This document shows, piece by piece, positions 28,967-43,192 of a DNA stretch of 64,000 nt. How positions within the stretch are numbered: position 1 is the stretch's first letter; each line of letters opens with the position of its first letter. The position numbers and the translations under genes were made by a program. The notes under the pieces were generated by a model, which saw nothing but the letters and a program-made list of their open reading frames with translations, was not told the origin of the DNA and ran no database searches. The stretch is from Octopus vulgaris (taxonomy: Eukaryota): positions 68,758,001 through 68,822,000 of the forward strand of contig OX597821.1 of NCBI GenBank assembly GCA_951406725.2, in the 5' to 3' direction.

Positions 28967-29939
28967 AATGTTTATCTTCCACTAGATGGGATACTTTTTT
29001 TTTGTTGATCTTACCATATATTCTTCCCACTCTCTTCTGTTCTTTTCTCCTTTTAATCCTAATTTCTCTCTACATTTATATTCTCCACTCCTACTGGGCT
29101 CTCTACACATTCTGATTGAATCTTCCATGTGTAAACACGTACCTCCTTGCAATAATGTAAACTTTCATTTAATCAAGATATCTTTGGCTTAAAGCATAGC
29201 CTGTGATATACACCTCCCTTGGATATTTACCACTTCCAAGGTTCCACTCACTATGAAACATATGTAGCCTGGATCTTATGTACTTCATTCCTTAACTCTT
29301 GTATATCATCATCGTTTTGGTAGGACGGTTGATAGGAGCCAGCCAGGTAGAAAAACTACCCTAGGCTACTGTGTCTGTTTTGGTTGAGATTTTTACAGTT
29401 GGATGCCCTTCCTAAACCAACTATTCCACAGAGTAGACTCTCCCTCTCTTATCTCCCTATGTGACCGGTGTTCAACCAAGCCTGATCTTTCTTGGTTCGG
29501 CCATTGTCCATGTAACATCTATATTCCTCCCTGTGCCCGTGAAATCCTGTATCCCTGCCATAAGGCTTTATTTCCACACACGCCAGCTTAATTTAATTCA
29601 TCCTTAGTCGAAAGGCACCTGTTGTTATGTCCTGTTATTTGTATTTGTGTAACAGTCTCAGTTTTTTTTTTTCCGTCCTTGTTTTCATATACATTCGCTG
29701 CTTTCTTCCAAGGAATCTAATGCTCTTAGCTTAGTTCTTCCTTGGGGCTGGCCAGATTGGAGCAATCTCAAGTATAACCAGCCAAAATTGCAAAGAGAAT
29801 CTGGAACTCGACTGAGGAAAGAAAACTCCAAATGATCCGTCCTCGTTTTCTTTGTATCGTCTATCTGGATGTTTCTTTGTCCCATTTTTGTATCACCTAA
29901 CTGTCTGGATGTTGTGCGTTCTTGTCCCATTTTGTATTT

Positions 29940-29978
<39 letters not shown>

Positions 29979-29981
<3 letters not shown>

Positions 29982-30335
29982 AACAGGCATGATTGCATGT
30001 TTCAGAAGCTCACTTTGCAACCATAAGGTTTCAGTTTCACTTTGCAGCACATTAGGCAAGTGTCTACTATAACCCTAGGCTGACCAATGCCTTCTGAGTG
30101 AATCTGGTAGATGGAAACTGTGTGAAGCACGTGTGTCTTTGTATTTATGCCCCCTTCAACTTGACATCCGGTAACTGGTATTGGTTTGTTTACACTCCCA
30201 TAACTTAGATGTTCGGCAAAAGCGACCGACAGAATAAGTCCCAAACTTATGTACTGAAGTCGATTTCATTACCCAAAACCTTTCAATGCTATGTCCCAGC
30301 ATGGCCGCAGTCCAACTGACTGAAACAGGATAAAA
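29979..30335 (+). mobile_element. Octopus-type tRNA-derived SINE (family A), diverged
   Basis: Aligns by eye with 37561-37975; further degraded copies near 1240-1550, 5905, 9826, 12645, 14335 and 24745. Confidence 0.7.
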
Positions 30336-31930
30336 ACAATACATACACACAAAATATAGAACTGTATACACACAAAAGATTTCATGAATGGATCTGTTTC
30401 AACAATGAGTATTCCAGTTGTTTGATCAACTGAACTGACTATTCATTGAATATATATAGTGAGGGTAGTTACAACTTAAACGGAATTCTTAGGTAGATTC
30501 AGCGTGACCCAGTGTGAGAAACTTAGCGTTTTGTATTAAAAGTTCTGTCCATCTGTCAGGCTGTCATAGTTCCTACTTAACCAATTTAACTCACAAGTGT
30601 GGGTTAGCTTGTGGTTAAGGTGAATAAACACTTGACCAAGGGTGTCATCGAACCTGCAGCACCAAACTTGTACGAAACCAACTTCTTAGCGTCTATACTA
30701 GTCATAGGCAATCTGCAGGACTTTCTTCGTGACACACCTAATGAAAAATTACCTTGAAATTTTTCAGTAGTGCGGCCTGCTTCTCGAAAAAGAATGCCCA
30801 AGCCTCATTAGACCGTGCTTGGGTTCATAAACATACGTCATCCATGATGAAACCGAACCGGCTAGAACATCATAATGGAAGCGCAGACAGTTGAAAACAG
30901 ATCAACAGACTAGAAGCAAAATTGATTTTTCTCTATGAATAACTAATTAACAAGTAGAAATAATGCAAATCAAATCATAAATGAGCTAAAAAAATATTTT
31001 TTTTTTAAAAACGCTATAAAAATATGTTCAGTGTAGACGAGTAAGTAGACATTAAATAGTTTAGTGCGTTCCTCACAGTCAGAGGATGATGATGATGTAG
31101 GCAAGTCTGTTATGTGAAACGAGGAGGAAGCAAATAGCCGATTTTGACTACAGGCGATTCAGAATACAACCAGCTTAGCATATAACGGAAAGGAGTGATG
31201 GGAAAGATGATGAGGAAATACTTAGAGAGTCAGTCCTACACGCATACCAATATGATAAAAAAATAATTTTGAAAGCTGCTGCTGATTACGATGGTAAAGA
31301 TTGGAGAAAAGATGAATGATGGATTACTAATATTACATCCGTTTTGAGTTTTGAGTTTGTTTATATTTCGTAAGTGCTAGTTAAAAGGTGTCAGACAGCA
31401 GCTGATTTCATGATAAAGATTGTAAGAATATACTACTATACATGCGCACAGGGCAAAACTGAGCCATCACAATAGGCAAGACCTTTATAACATCATCACC
31501 AAACGACAACTGATTGAAAAGGGGGTCACGAGGAGGACATAGTTGGAGAGAAATGGGTCAATGTATGGGTGGAGCAACACAGCTTCCTCGCACATACAGC
31601 CTCGCCCAAGATCCTATTATGACGCAAACAACTGTTGGTTGTCTGCTGCCAATTTCACCAAAAGACAAGAGTGGAGAGAAGAAATGCAAAAGGAGATACT
31701 GTTACGCATCCTCTTCAAACACACTTATAACTGCCTAAAATCTGGTGAGAGATGGAGGTGCGGCCTACTCTTTCCCTCCAAATAATACAAACCAACTCTC
31801 ATAATCGTAAATTCGATAGCGCACGTGTGTGTGTGCATTTAAGTATATGTCTGGGCACAAAGTGATCAATGGATTCGCATCCATAAAGGGCCTTAGCTCC
31901 ATGAACGATCGTCAGACTGAAGCCGAAGGC

Positions 31931-31991
<61 letters not shown>

Positions 31992-32264
31992 CACTGAGCT
32001 AATTGAACGAAACTTCAGTAACGGTGACTTTTATGTTTGATGTTATTTCATGTGAAATCGAAAGAATACCAAAAACCCTAACCACCGAGCCTACATATTT
32101 TTTATCTTCGCCGGTTTTTTTGTTCGTGTGTGGACAAACGGAAGAAAAGGTCGCTAAGACGTTTAGTAGCAGTTACAGGTATTATTTAAAACAGTTTGGT
32201 TGGGTTTCGAAATACTTCAAGTAGCACAGAAACCGAATCAAACAGTTTTGAATAATAATAGTAA

Positions 32265-32303
<39 letters not shown>

Positions 32304-32746
32304 CTGAGTTTCGGAATAAATACAATAACTAAATGTTACTTCTAGAAAATGTAAGATTTTCGGCTCTCTTCGTCACATAGGAGAGGGGGGGGGGGTTTGA
32401 AATGATTTATAAATAAACTTTATTTCCGTTTTTTTTTTTATATTTCTTTTTCCACGAAAATAATCTGCGCTAATTGAACTCGAAATATTTTTGGGGAAAA
32501 AACCACCACACACGCACAGTTACAACTATTCTAGTATCATATTGGAATATACTTCCACAGGTTTTATATATAGGGAAAATAAAAGCGAAAAAACGTGTAG
32601 AAAACGCGATAAAAAAAAATAAGAATTGTCAAGCTATGAGTAATTGCAGTTCACGATAATGAACATTCAATGATATTACGGATGTACATAACAAGCACAT
32701 ACATTCCACAGGCAAATATACGTTATTACGGGTCTAATATTTTGAA

Positions 32747-32789
<43 letters not shown>

Positions 32790-33117
32790 TTATTTCCCTA
32801 ATTATAAGGAAATAAAACTATTTTATTTTTCGAATGACCGGAGAAAATATATTAACTTATATGCGAGCATAATTATACACACACACACACACACACATAA
32901 ATATATATGCGCGCGCACGCACACAGACTAAATACACATTGTAAGAGATATATATGCATCGTACAAATGATCTTGAGTATGAATGTATTGTTTAGCCCGA
33001 GGTCACCATCATGGGGCTGAATCAAGTACGTTCCAGCTATGACCACACCATTTCAAGACAGTGCATCTAGAACAACATCATTAGGCATTCTTTCATAAGT
33101 GTGTCCCTCAAAAATAG

Positions 33118-33158
<41 letters not shown>

Positions 33159-34142
33159 AGACCGTAGACTCCTTTCTTATTTTGCGAACGAGTGCTCACC
33201 GACCACAACAGAATGTAGTATACTCAAAAGATATATTAAGAGAGCATGGTATGTATAAGGTCCGGTGAAAATATGAAAGAACGAAAGTAAAACTACAACA
33301 ATATACTCAATGAGATAAAAGAAAAAAATTTCAGCAAACTCCACCCAAACACAACCCCGCCTCCCTTTTTATTATACACATCAGAGATTAATCTTTCAAT
33401 AAACGAGGGTTTACATATGCATCGTCACACACACACGCAGATAGGCATGCATAAATAAATATTACATACAATATACATGTGAATATATTTCTGACACTAT
33501 ACGCCTGTGTGTATGTATGAATGATTTACACATACACAGGCAATGTTTCGGAATAAGTACATGACGTCAGTTATGAGTAAGTGCAGACGAAAGAATGTTA
33601 CACACTCACTCCTGACTTTTACCGAAAGATTGCCCATACACAATATATACGCGTGTATGTGTGTGTGTGTGTGTACACACACACAATATACATACATACG
33701 GACTGTAACATCATTCCCACCTGTTTATATATGAAGTCGTTTACTATACAAATATACACACACAACCAAATCTCTAACGTCTTGAAAATTAAATAGAAAT
33801 TTTAAAATAAAAATTGGAATTCTCATGATTAGAATATCCTTGAAGTATTTGCCAATGATGACTTGGATAGACACTCACTACTCGTCCACAAGCGAAACTT
33901 CGATACGATGGACACTGATAGATTTAAAATATCTATTTTCTTTTAATACATAAAAGTAAGGACTGCCTTACTTACAGAATAAAGCACTCAATACATGGTA
34001 TATTCTAATATTTATAATAATTTGAAAGTAAATTTGGGCGAGCTTTAATTTTAGGTACATGTAATCTGCAATACCAAAAACACCTAACTTTGAAGTTTGT
34101 TTGTTGCAAAGTTTAAATGCACAGCTGACGAAAGTTCGAGAT

Positions 34143-34173
<31 letters not shown>

Positions 34174-34234
34174 TATACACACACACATACATATAAAAAA
34201 ATAAAAAACCAGAGAAATTTCAGACAAAACTTAC

Positions 34235-34323
34235 TCTCTCTGCGTTTCCTCGGCTTTCGTCCGCCAGTACTTCACCTCATCTTCCTGCGAGGCAAACCTT
34301 ATATTTGAATCGAGAACATCCAT
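34235..34323 (-). CDS. nudE: First coding exon of a NudE family dynein/LIS1 regulator (NDE1/NDEL1 homologue)
   Basis: ATG at 34323 gives MDVLDSNIRFASQEDEVKYWRTKAEETQR, matching the NDE1/NDEL1 N-terminal pattern (F-x-S-x-E-E-E-x-x-Y-W-K/R). The exon ends AGA GA|GTAAGT: 89 nt, a phase-2 intron at about the position of the first coding intron of vertebrate NDE1/NDEL1. Confidence 0.88.
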
Positions 34324-34654
34324 CGTGAAGTCCTTGAGTTTTGTTGAGAGGGCCAAATGAAAACCCTCCCTTGTAATTAAGACAGTAACAACAGGCTTTC
34401 TATCAGCCCTCAAAGATTGATTAAATCACACACGGTGTATGCTGTTTATAATATTTATAATCTATGATGATATTTGAATATATAATTATATATATATATA
34501 TACATATAATAAGGAAGAAACCGAGTTAAACGGTTTGCCAAAAAGAATTACTGGAATATTATAGAAGCGATGTTGTAGATGAAAAGACAACTATGAAATA
34601 TTGTTATTTAGACATTTAGGTATCCGAGCAGAAGGTTTAATTTCTTGGACTCAC

Positions 34655-34990
34655 GACATAACGGTTAGATAGATGGTCTCTTCAAATCATGTCTGGTCTC
34701 AAAATAAGAAAAGAGAAGAACTGGTGGAGTCGTTAATGTTGCTTTTGGTAGGAATATCTCATACTCCTGGAACGATTCCAGTAATATATTTCACTGTTTT
34801 TTGTCTCTCTCTCCCAGATGATGAAAGAAAATACAGCAATTTGTAATCCAGACTGGAAGTTTTCTGCGAGGAAAGCAGACAGAAGATGAGGGGGAAAAAA
34901 ATAGAGATAAAAGGTTTCTAGGACAAAATTTTTAAATTCAAACAGGCGAACGAATTAGAACGATAGCAGCGTTGGCAGCTGTGGTCACCA
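34655..34990 (-). other. Possible non-coding 5'UTR exon of nudE
   Basis: Minus-strand donor GTGAGT starting at 34654, between the promoter motifs and the coding exon; candidate acceptor AGs near 34442-34463. Confidence 0.35.
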
Positions 34991-35040
34991 CTGATGCTTC
35001 TGCGCATGGCATGACATGTAGTACTTCCGGTAGGAAAACC
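34990..35040 (-). promoter_or_regulatory. Probable housekeeping-type promoter of nudE
   Basis: ETS motif ACTTCCGG (35023-35030) and NRF1-like TGCGCATG (35001-35008) in a CpG-retaining unique stretch about 700 bp upstream of the ATG. Confidence 0.5.
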
Positions 35041-35207
35041 TAACTCATGTTACTTTTATTTCTTTTCTCACCCACCTTCTCTTATTTGCTGAAAGTTATT
35101 TTCTAAAATTAGATTTGTATATTACATAAATATATATATATATGCCTTGTGAGTGGATTTGGTAGACGGAAACTGTAAGGAGCCTGTCGTATATATGTAT
35201 ATATAAA

Positions 35208-35711
<504 letters not shown>

Positions 35712-36834
35712 TTTGTGTGTCTGTGTTTGTCCCCCAAGCATTGCTTGACAACCGATGCTGGTGTGTTTACGTCCCCGTCACTTAGCGGTTCGGCAAAAGG
35801 GTCCGATAGAATAGGTACTGGGCTTACAAAGAATAAGTCCCAGGGTCGATTTGCTCGACTAAAGGCGGTGCTCCAGCATGGCCGCAGTCAAATGACTGAA
35901 ACAAGTAAAAGAGTAAAAGAGAGTATATATATATACACACACACACACATACATATAATATTATTTATTTACCCATTTCTTAAGCCTCGTTTTTACTACA
36001 TTTTTGTTTAGTTTTGTAGTATGAAATACCAATAAGTGTAAAAATTTCAGATGTAAAATTATACATAAATATTTTAGATAGAAAAATATGCACACACACA
36101 CACACACACACACACAGAGGCACACACACACAATTCACTGGTTTCATTTGTGACCATTTTTCTATAGTTTAGTTTGCTTTTGTACATTTGCACCATACAC
36201 ACACACACACATACGTGTAGATCCTTGCATTTGTATACACATATCATAATCATCATTTTATATCTGTTTTCCATGTTCCATGCTATCATGGGTTGGACAC
36301 TATAATCGGGTCCAACAAACCAAAGGAATGCATGGTGCTCCAATGTTTACTTTAACATAGTTTCTACAACTTGATGCCCTTCCTAGTGCCAACTACTTTA
36401 CAGCATGCACAGTGTGCATTTGTTTTCTTTTCATCCCTCTAGTGAGGTTACCAAGTAACTTACAATACAAGTTTCCTTGGTAGAGTGGGAGTGCAAAAAT
36501 ATAAAAATATAAAAATAAAAAACAGACTATACACACATATATCAAAAGCTAACTCATCATTTAGGCTCCGACTGAGCTGGCACATGATCAAAACCATTCC
36601 AGACATGACCATTTCATCTTTATTCAAGCATGACTATCAAAGACTACATTATGTTTCCTCTGCTGTTTCTTTTTTTAAGACACTAAACTGTGACATGGCT
36701 GCCTTTTCTAGCTGGTCAAGCAGACACCTAGAGATTTCCACAATGATTTTCCAATAACCATGTGAATTCTTGTTAGCTGATATTTCTACAAAGTTGTATT
36801 GTACATTTTTTTTTTTTTTTTTTTTTTTACTTCA

Positions 36835-37025
36835 TCCACCAATCCGATCGTGGCTGTTGCCAGCCTCGCCTGGCACGTAAAAAGCACCCACTACACTCAC
36901 GGAGTGGTTGGCATTAGGAAGGGCATCCAGCTGTAGAAACACTGCCAGATCAGACTGGAGCCTGGTGCAGCCTTTCCGGCTTCCCAGATCCCAGGTTGAA
37001 TGGACGTTAAACGATGATGATGATG
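36835..37025 (+). mobile_element. SINE-like retroposon with RTE-type tail
   Basis: CACGTAAAAAGCACCC...GGAAGGGCATCC...GACGTTAAAC(GAT)n; similar copies near 8830, 26880 and 27410. Confidence 0.7.
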
Positions 37026-37560
37026 TGGCTTTGTGTTGGGTGTTAAGAGGCTAGAGTACGACAGAGACACAGGAACAAATGTCTTATAGCAGGAAAGGGA
37101 GAAAGAATGATGGAGATGATGTGTCAAGGCATACCTTCAAGGTACAAGGTGGTGGATAAAGAGAGAATAGGGACAGAGAAGTAAGGATGGATAGGTTCCT
37201 GAGAGCAGGAAAGGAGAGTGACAGATGAATGGAAATGGCTGTAGAGGTGAATACAGTAATTGGTGAACATGGACAGGGATATGGTCAATGGTGAACTTCA
37301 GTTTGGTGGGGAAGGTAAAGGGAAAAAAATTGGAGCGAGTCAGAGAAAAGGGAAGGATATTTGACAGTATGTAAAAGGGAGAGAAGGTGAAAAGCAATGG
37401 TATTACGAAACTAGAAACATATGAGAAATAGACAGATGATTTTCAAGTTTGAAGGAGAGAGAAGGGTTTATAGTGAGAGGGACAAAGGTTAGCAGTACAT
37501 GGGGGTAAATATAAGGGGTGACAAAGATAAGTGGGGAAAACTATCAATGGCAGATTTGAG

Positions 37561-37975
37561 AGGCGCAGGAGTGGCTGTGTAGTAAGTAGCTTGCTTACCA
37601 ACCACATGGTTCTGGGTTCAGTCCCACTGCATGGCACCTTGGGTAAGTGTCTTCTACTTTAGCCTCGGACCGACCAAAGCCTTGTGAGTGGATTTGGTAG
37701 ATGGAAACTGAAAGAAACCCGTTGTATATATGTATGTATGTATATATATGTATGTATGTGTGTGTATATGTTTGTGTGTCTGTGTTTGTCCCCCTGACAT
37801 CGCTTGACAACCAATACTGGTGTGTTTACGTTCCTGTAACTTAGTGGTGCAGCAAAAAGAGACCGATAGAATAAGTACTAGGCTTACAAAGAATAAGTCC
37901 CGGGGTTGATTTGCTCGACTAAAAGTGGTGCTCCAGCATGGCTGCAGTCAAATGATTGAAACAAGTAAAAGAGTA
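37561..37975 (+). mobile_element. Full-length family A tRNA-derived SINE
   Basis: Head GGCGCAGGAGTGGCTGTGTAGTAAG, B-box GGTTCAGTCCC, central TA/TG microsatellite, tail GAAACAAGTAAAAGAG. Confidence 0.85.
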
Positions 37976-38983
37976 ACAGAAAGGGATGTTCAGGGGAAAA
38001 TAAATTCGTAAGGGACAATGTTAAAATGCATGATGGGTGACAAGAGAAGTGATTCCAAGGAGAGCTTTAACTAGTAACACAAAACGATGATGGAGTGAAA
38101 GATGTGCAGTTCTGCTCTCATAAAATTACAGTATAATGGGACTGCAGTATTCGTCCTATGATCACAACGTCATGAGTTCAATTCCCAGCAATGCATTGTG
38201 TCCTTGAGCAAGACTCCTTTATTTCACATTGCTCCAGTCCACTTAGCTGGCAAAAACGAATAGTAACTGTATTTCAAAGTGGCATTCTTGTCACATTCTG
38301 TGTCATGCTGAATCTCCACGAGAACTATGTTAAGGGCACATGTGTCTGTGGAGTGCTCAGCCACAAGCATGTTAATTTCATGAGCAGGCTCTTCCATCAA
38401 TCAGATCAACTGGAACCCATGTCATCATAACTGACAGAGTGTCAGTTTAATGGGGCTGCATTATGTTTCCACTCCTATGAATAAACAATGAAGGGCCGAT
38501 GGATGATGTGAAAGGACTCCAAGAAATTGTAGGGAAAGAGAAAGTGCAGACTGAACAGGAGATGGACTTTGACTATATGGAACATGCAAGTGATAATCTG
38601 TTAAAGTCCAAATTTAGAATCTATGGACAACTAAACTTTAACTACTAAGTCATGAGCACTTTTTTATTCACCAACACTTGGGTCACTCATGGACAGACAC
38701 CCCTCTTTGCAACACCTTATTGTATGCATGAATAGGCCAATGTGAGAAAATAAAGAAAGGGACTTCATCATCACCATCGTCACCATTATCTTTAAAGCAT
38801 TGGAAAAAGTAACTTGCAGCATTTGCTCAGACTGTTTATGTTCTAACTTCAAATGCTGCTGAAGTTAACTTTACCATTCATCCCCCTGAGATTAATGAAA
38901 TAAAGTACCAGTCAAGTATCGACTAACAATATTCCATAAAATCTGTAGACCAAATACCTCAATTATGGACAATTATTAAAGGC

Positions 38984-39360
38984 AACAAGAGCACTCAGAG
39001 AGAGAAGATTTCTGCCAAGGCAACACCAACGTCATCTCAATGATTAGCCAGAGAGGATTTTTTTAATGAGAATATCCGAAATAAACTTGACTACTCTCAC
39101 AAACGAGAATACTAAAAATGAACCCAACCGCTCTCAAAAATTAAGTAAAAAAAAAACAGAAAAATAATCTAGAATCCTTGTCCATTACCAGATTGATCCC
39201 AAAATCTAATCAGTTCATGCCAGTCATGAGACCAAACATCCCTGAAAGCTTCATCTGAATCCATTTAGCAGTTCTTGAGATATCTTATTCAAGGACAAAG
39301 AAAGAAACAAACAAACGTGACTAAAAACAATACCTCTGCCTTCGCTAAGACAGAGGTAAT
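38984..39360 (-). mobile_element. Non-autonomous Helentron/DINE-like element, copy 2
   Basis: Homologous to 67-417 with the same terminal structures. Confidence 0.65.
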
Positions 39361-39575
39361 AAGGTGGCAGAATCATTACAGCATTGGATAAAAATGCCTT
39401 GAGTTATTTGTTCCATCTCTTTACATCCTGATTTCAAATCTTGCTGAGGTCAACTTTGCTTTTCATCCTTTCAGGGTTAATAAATTAAGTACCAGTGAAA
39501 TACTGGGGTCGATGTAATCAACTAGTCCTCTCCCCCTAAATTTCAGGCCTTGTACCTAAAGTAGAAAGGATTATT
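39361..39575 (+). mobile_element. Meta-domain SINE
   Basis: GGCAGAATC...GAGGTCAACTTTGCTTTTCATCCTTTCAGGG...AAGTACCAG; another copy near 40275. Confidence 0.7.
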
Positions 39576-39584
39576 GTTACTATT

Positions 39585-40098
39585 ATTATTATTATTGAGT
39601 GAGAAAGCAACACATGCCATCAAAGTGACACTGGGGTACAAATATACAAAGTCCAATATACCCATCATGACTACCCATCTAATAAGGGAACATGAGGCAC
39701 ATGCATTACAACCATATGTGCACAACATGGTGATCTCATATCAAGATAAATAGCACAATGACCTTGCAGGTGGGGCACAGTTAGAATTTTCTTCAAGTTG
39801 AGAAGCTGATCCTGCTCAAAAAGTCCCTGAATAAGGGTTATTTAAGGATGATGAAACACCCATATTTCCAGGAGTGAATTGGTCAAACCCCAAAGAATCC
39901 TTCTCAACACATGGCTGTGATGCTCTTCCACCGCTCCTGTTCGTGATCAGAGATGCACATATCATCAGCCACTAAGGGACGTGCTCAACTGATTAAGGTC
40001 AAACAACTGACAAGGAAATCTATTGTAGAGAGCAGAATATTTGCTATGGCCTATCTTTTATACACCAGGACAAAACAGGCACATGATAACACTTCCAA
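39585..40098 (-). mobile_element. Possible non-LTR retrotransposon 3' tail ending in (TAA)n
   Basis: Discrete higher-GC block bounded by trinucleotide microsatellites; the minus strand terminates in (AAT)n. Confidence 0.35.
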
Positions 40099-40113
40099 TA
40101 ATTTTCATTACAA

Positions 40114-40125
40114 CTACTACTACTG

Positions 40126-40187
<62 letters not shown>

Positions 40188-40274
40188 ACTACTACTACTA
40201 CTACTACTACTATTATCTTTACTATTATTATTATTATTATTATTATTATTGTTATTATTATTATTATTATTATT
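40114..40274. repeat. Compound (TAC)n(TGC)n(TAT)n microsatellite
   Basis: Directly visible. Confidence 0.97.
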
Positions 40275-40648
40275 AAGGTGGCGAGCTGGCAGAATCATTA
40301 GTATGCAGTATTTCCCCTGTCACTACGTTCTGAGTTCAAATTCCACCAAAGTCGACTTTGTCTTTCATCCTTTCAGGGTCGATGAAATAAGTAAGAGTTA
40401 TATACTGGCATCAATATAATCAATCAGCCCCACCACCCCAAAAAGGTCAGGGTAACCATGATCTTTTTTTTTGTATTGGATTTTTCCATGAGCAGCCCTC
40501 AAACGTCTCCACCCAATTGAGGATCACACATTGTTGATTTTTAAAAAGTTTTCTTAGTCTTGTTTACACGCAAAACCCTCACAACGTACACTCACACACA
40601 TACACATACATTCTTTGTTTTGTCCTGTACCATCCATAATGTTTTTCT

Positions 40649-40660
40649 TAATGTAAAACC

Positions 40661-40698
<38 letters not shown>

Positions 40699-40728
40699 GT
40701 ACGTAAATACCTTGTTTAATGTAAAACC

Positions 40729-40793
<65 letters not shown>

Positions 40794-40799
40794 TACTAC

Positions 40800-40838
<39 letters not shown>

Positions 40839-40923
40839 CATTATTATTACTATTACTATTATTATTATTATTATTATTATTGTTGTTATTGTTGTTGTTA
40901 TTATATACGTAAATACCTCGTTT
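40649..40923. repeat. Tandem duplication of a unit containing (TTA)n
   Basis: TAATGTAAAACCT-(TTA)n-TACGTAAATACCT occurs twice with different tract lengths. Confidence 0.9.
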
Positions 40924-41226
40924 CATGGAACTTATGCTTAATGTTAATATGACTGCTGATGACTCGAGTTATTTATTTAGAATTTAGGAAATGACACATG
41001 AATGCAGTTAACGGGTGCTCATCAGATATCAACATGTGCTTCAACAATATTTATAGAAAGAGAGAGTTTCTGATTTGAAAGTGTGACTGCGTTTGTGTGC
41101 ACACACCCATACATATATACATAATTACATACATACATGCATATCCATAGACACACAGATACACATGCACACATACATACATACATACATACATACATAC
41201 ATACATACATACATACATACATACAT

Positions 41227-41261
<35 letters not shown>

Positions 41262-41639
41262 GGCAGGCAGGCCGACAGACAGATCTAGTCCATCACTGGA
41301 ACTGTAAGAATCTGTAAAACTTTCCAGAAGCTTATCATTTAAATATATATGAGCATGTCTAGATATGCAACTATATGCATGAGAATACATACATAAAACA
41401 TACAACTCTGCCCACACATACATACAAACAAACAAAAATACACTGTTGTTGATGTTGAAATTCCAATGACGTAGCCTTGGATCTAGGTTAGAAATTGGTT
41501 CTTCCTCTATTAGCAAGAAATCTTGAAATAAACTGAATAAGGATATACATACATACAGGATGCACCAGCTGAAGGAATACAAAAACACCAAAAGGGAAGG
41601 ACAATATATCCCCTAATAAAACACATTCATTCAACTAAA

Positions 41640-42057
41640 TAGGCATAGGAGTGGCTATGTGGTAAGTAGCTTGCTTACGAACCTCATGGTTCTGGGTTCA
41701 GTCCCACAGCGTGGCACCTTGGGCAAGTGTCTTCTACTATAGCCTCAGGCTGACCAATGCCTTGTGAGTGGATTTGATAGATGGTAACTGAAAGAAGCCC
41801 GTCGTATATATGTATATATATATATACACAAGTATGTATGTGTTTGTGTGTCTGTGTTTGTCTCCCCCCCCCCGCCGCCAACATCACTTGACAACCGATG
41901 CTGGTGTGTTTACATCCCTGTAACTTAGCGGTTTGGTAAAAGAGACCGATAGAATAAGTACTAAGCTTGCAAAGAATAAGTCCTGGGGTCAGTTTACTTC
42001 AATAAAGGCGGTGCTCCAGCATGTCCACAGTCAAATGACGGAAACAAGTAAAAGATT
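41640..42057 (+). mobile_element. Full-length family A SINE
   Basis: Same head, core and tail as 37561-37975. Confidence 0.85.
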
Positions 42058-42069
42058 ATACATACATAC

Positions 42070-42582
42070 ATGGTGGTTGCCCCACCCCTTGTTATCGAGT
42101 ATGGCCATTGCGCGAAGCTTAATCAATGTTGTTATCATGCAATGCCTGTGCAACAGCAGCCACAATCCGAAAAGAAGAACAAGTCAACATCATCGGTAAC
42201 CACTGAGCCACAGTTTATGTCAGAGTTATCCCAGTTACCTGAGTTACCTTCTCCTAGAAGGATGCCCTAACAAAGGCTAGGAGTCCTTCACTCCCAATGG
42301 TTTAACTGCGAGATCAGGTATTCAGTCCGATTATTTCTATGTCCCCGCGCATGATACAGCCTTAAGACATTTATTGGGTGGCCCTTGCCTCTCAAGAGTT
42401 CCTCCGCCCTTTGACGGGTTTTGTTTTTCATCCCGCAGGGTGTCCAACAAACACCCTCCTCACCAAGCAAGCTTGGTGGGGTTGCTGGTTTAGTCACTGA
42501 CGAGGGAACTTCCGGCAGGCCTCCCAGAAGAATCCAACTCTGCACATAGGCACTGAAGACTTCCAAATTGGCGTCACTACAC
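42070..42582 (-). mobile_element. Probable RTE-type retroposon 5' fragment
   Basis: GC-rich block between microsatellites with a CCTTCTCCTAGA...GGCTAGGAG motif that I recall from RTE 5' regions; not verified. Confidence 0.35.
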
Positions 42583-42877
42583 ATTCATACATACACACAT
42601 AGTCACATGCATACGAGTTGTCTCACACGTACAAATTCTTCTGTGCAGACTCACACTTTATATTAGTCTTACACACAAGGCCATTAAATTGTTTGGACCT
42701 CAGTCAGGAGAGCGGCCTGAAGCTCATGGAGCCAAGGGAGGATTCGTGTTGATTTCTTGATCCCTTCCTAAAAAAGTAAAAGTTCTTGAATTTTGAAAGG
42801 AATCCCAACCTCCTGCCGTCTGAAAGCAATCTTGGTCTGCGATGCGAAATTTATTTTGAGGTCTTGTTTACACGCTA

Positions 42878-43192
42878 AACACACACACACACACACACAC
42901 ACACAGACGCCAGCATATGCGCACAAAAACAGACACGCACACCACACACACAAATACACATACACACACAACAGCACATAAACACGCACCGACACACACA
43001 AATACACACACGGATGCATATACATGTTTAAACACAGACACACACGCATACACATATACAAACACATACACACGCACACGTGTACACATACACAAACACA
43101 CACACACACACATACAAACACATATACATACAAGCTCAAACATTCACACGCCTACATGCAAACACACACATACTTACACACACACACACACA
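42878..43192. repeat. Degenerate (CA)n low-complexity tract
   Basis: Directly visible; source of the HT/CV-rich spurious ORFs. Confidence 0.95.

Noticed and set aside
34324-34413. N-terminal extension MRADRK... in the ORF track
   Set aside because: It depends on a non-ATG start; similarity to NudE begins at the ATG at 34323.
40950-41010. Plus-strand CTGATGA...GAAA with a possible stem I (TGACTG/CAGTTA)
   Set aside because: Stem II is bulged, stem III is poor, and the cleavage triplet would end in G.
41460-41505. CCAATGA-stem-GAAA motif
   Set aside because: The core deviates from CUGANGA and stem I is absent; at most a decayed relic.
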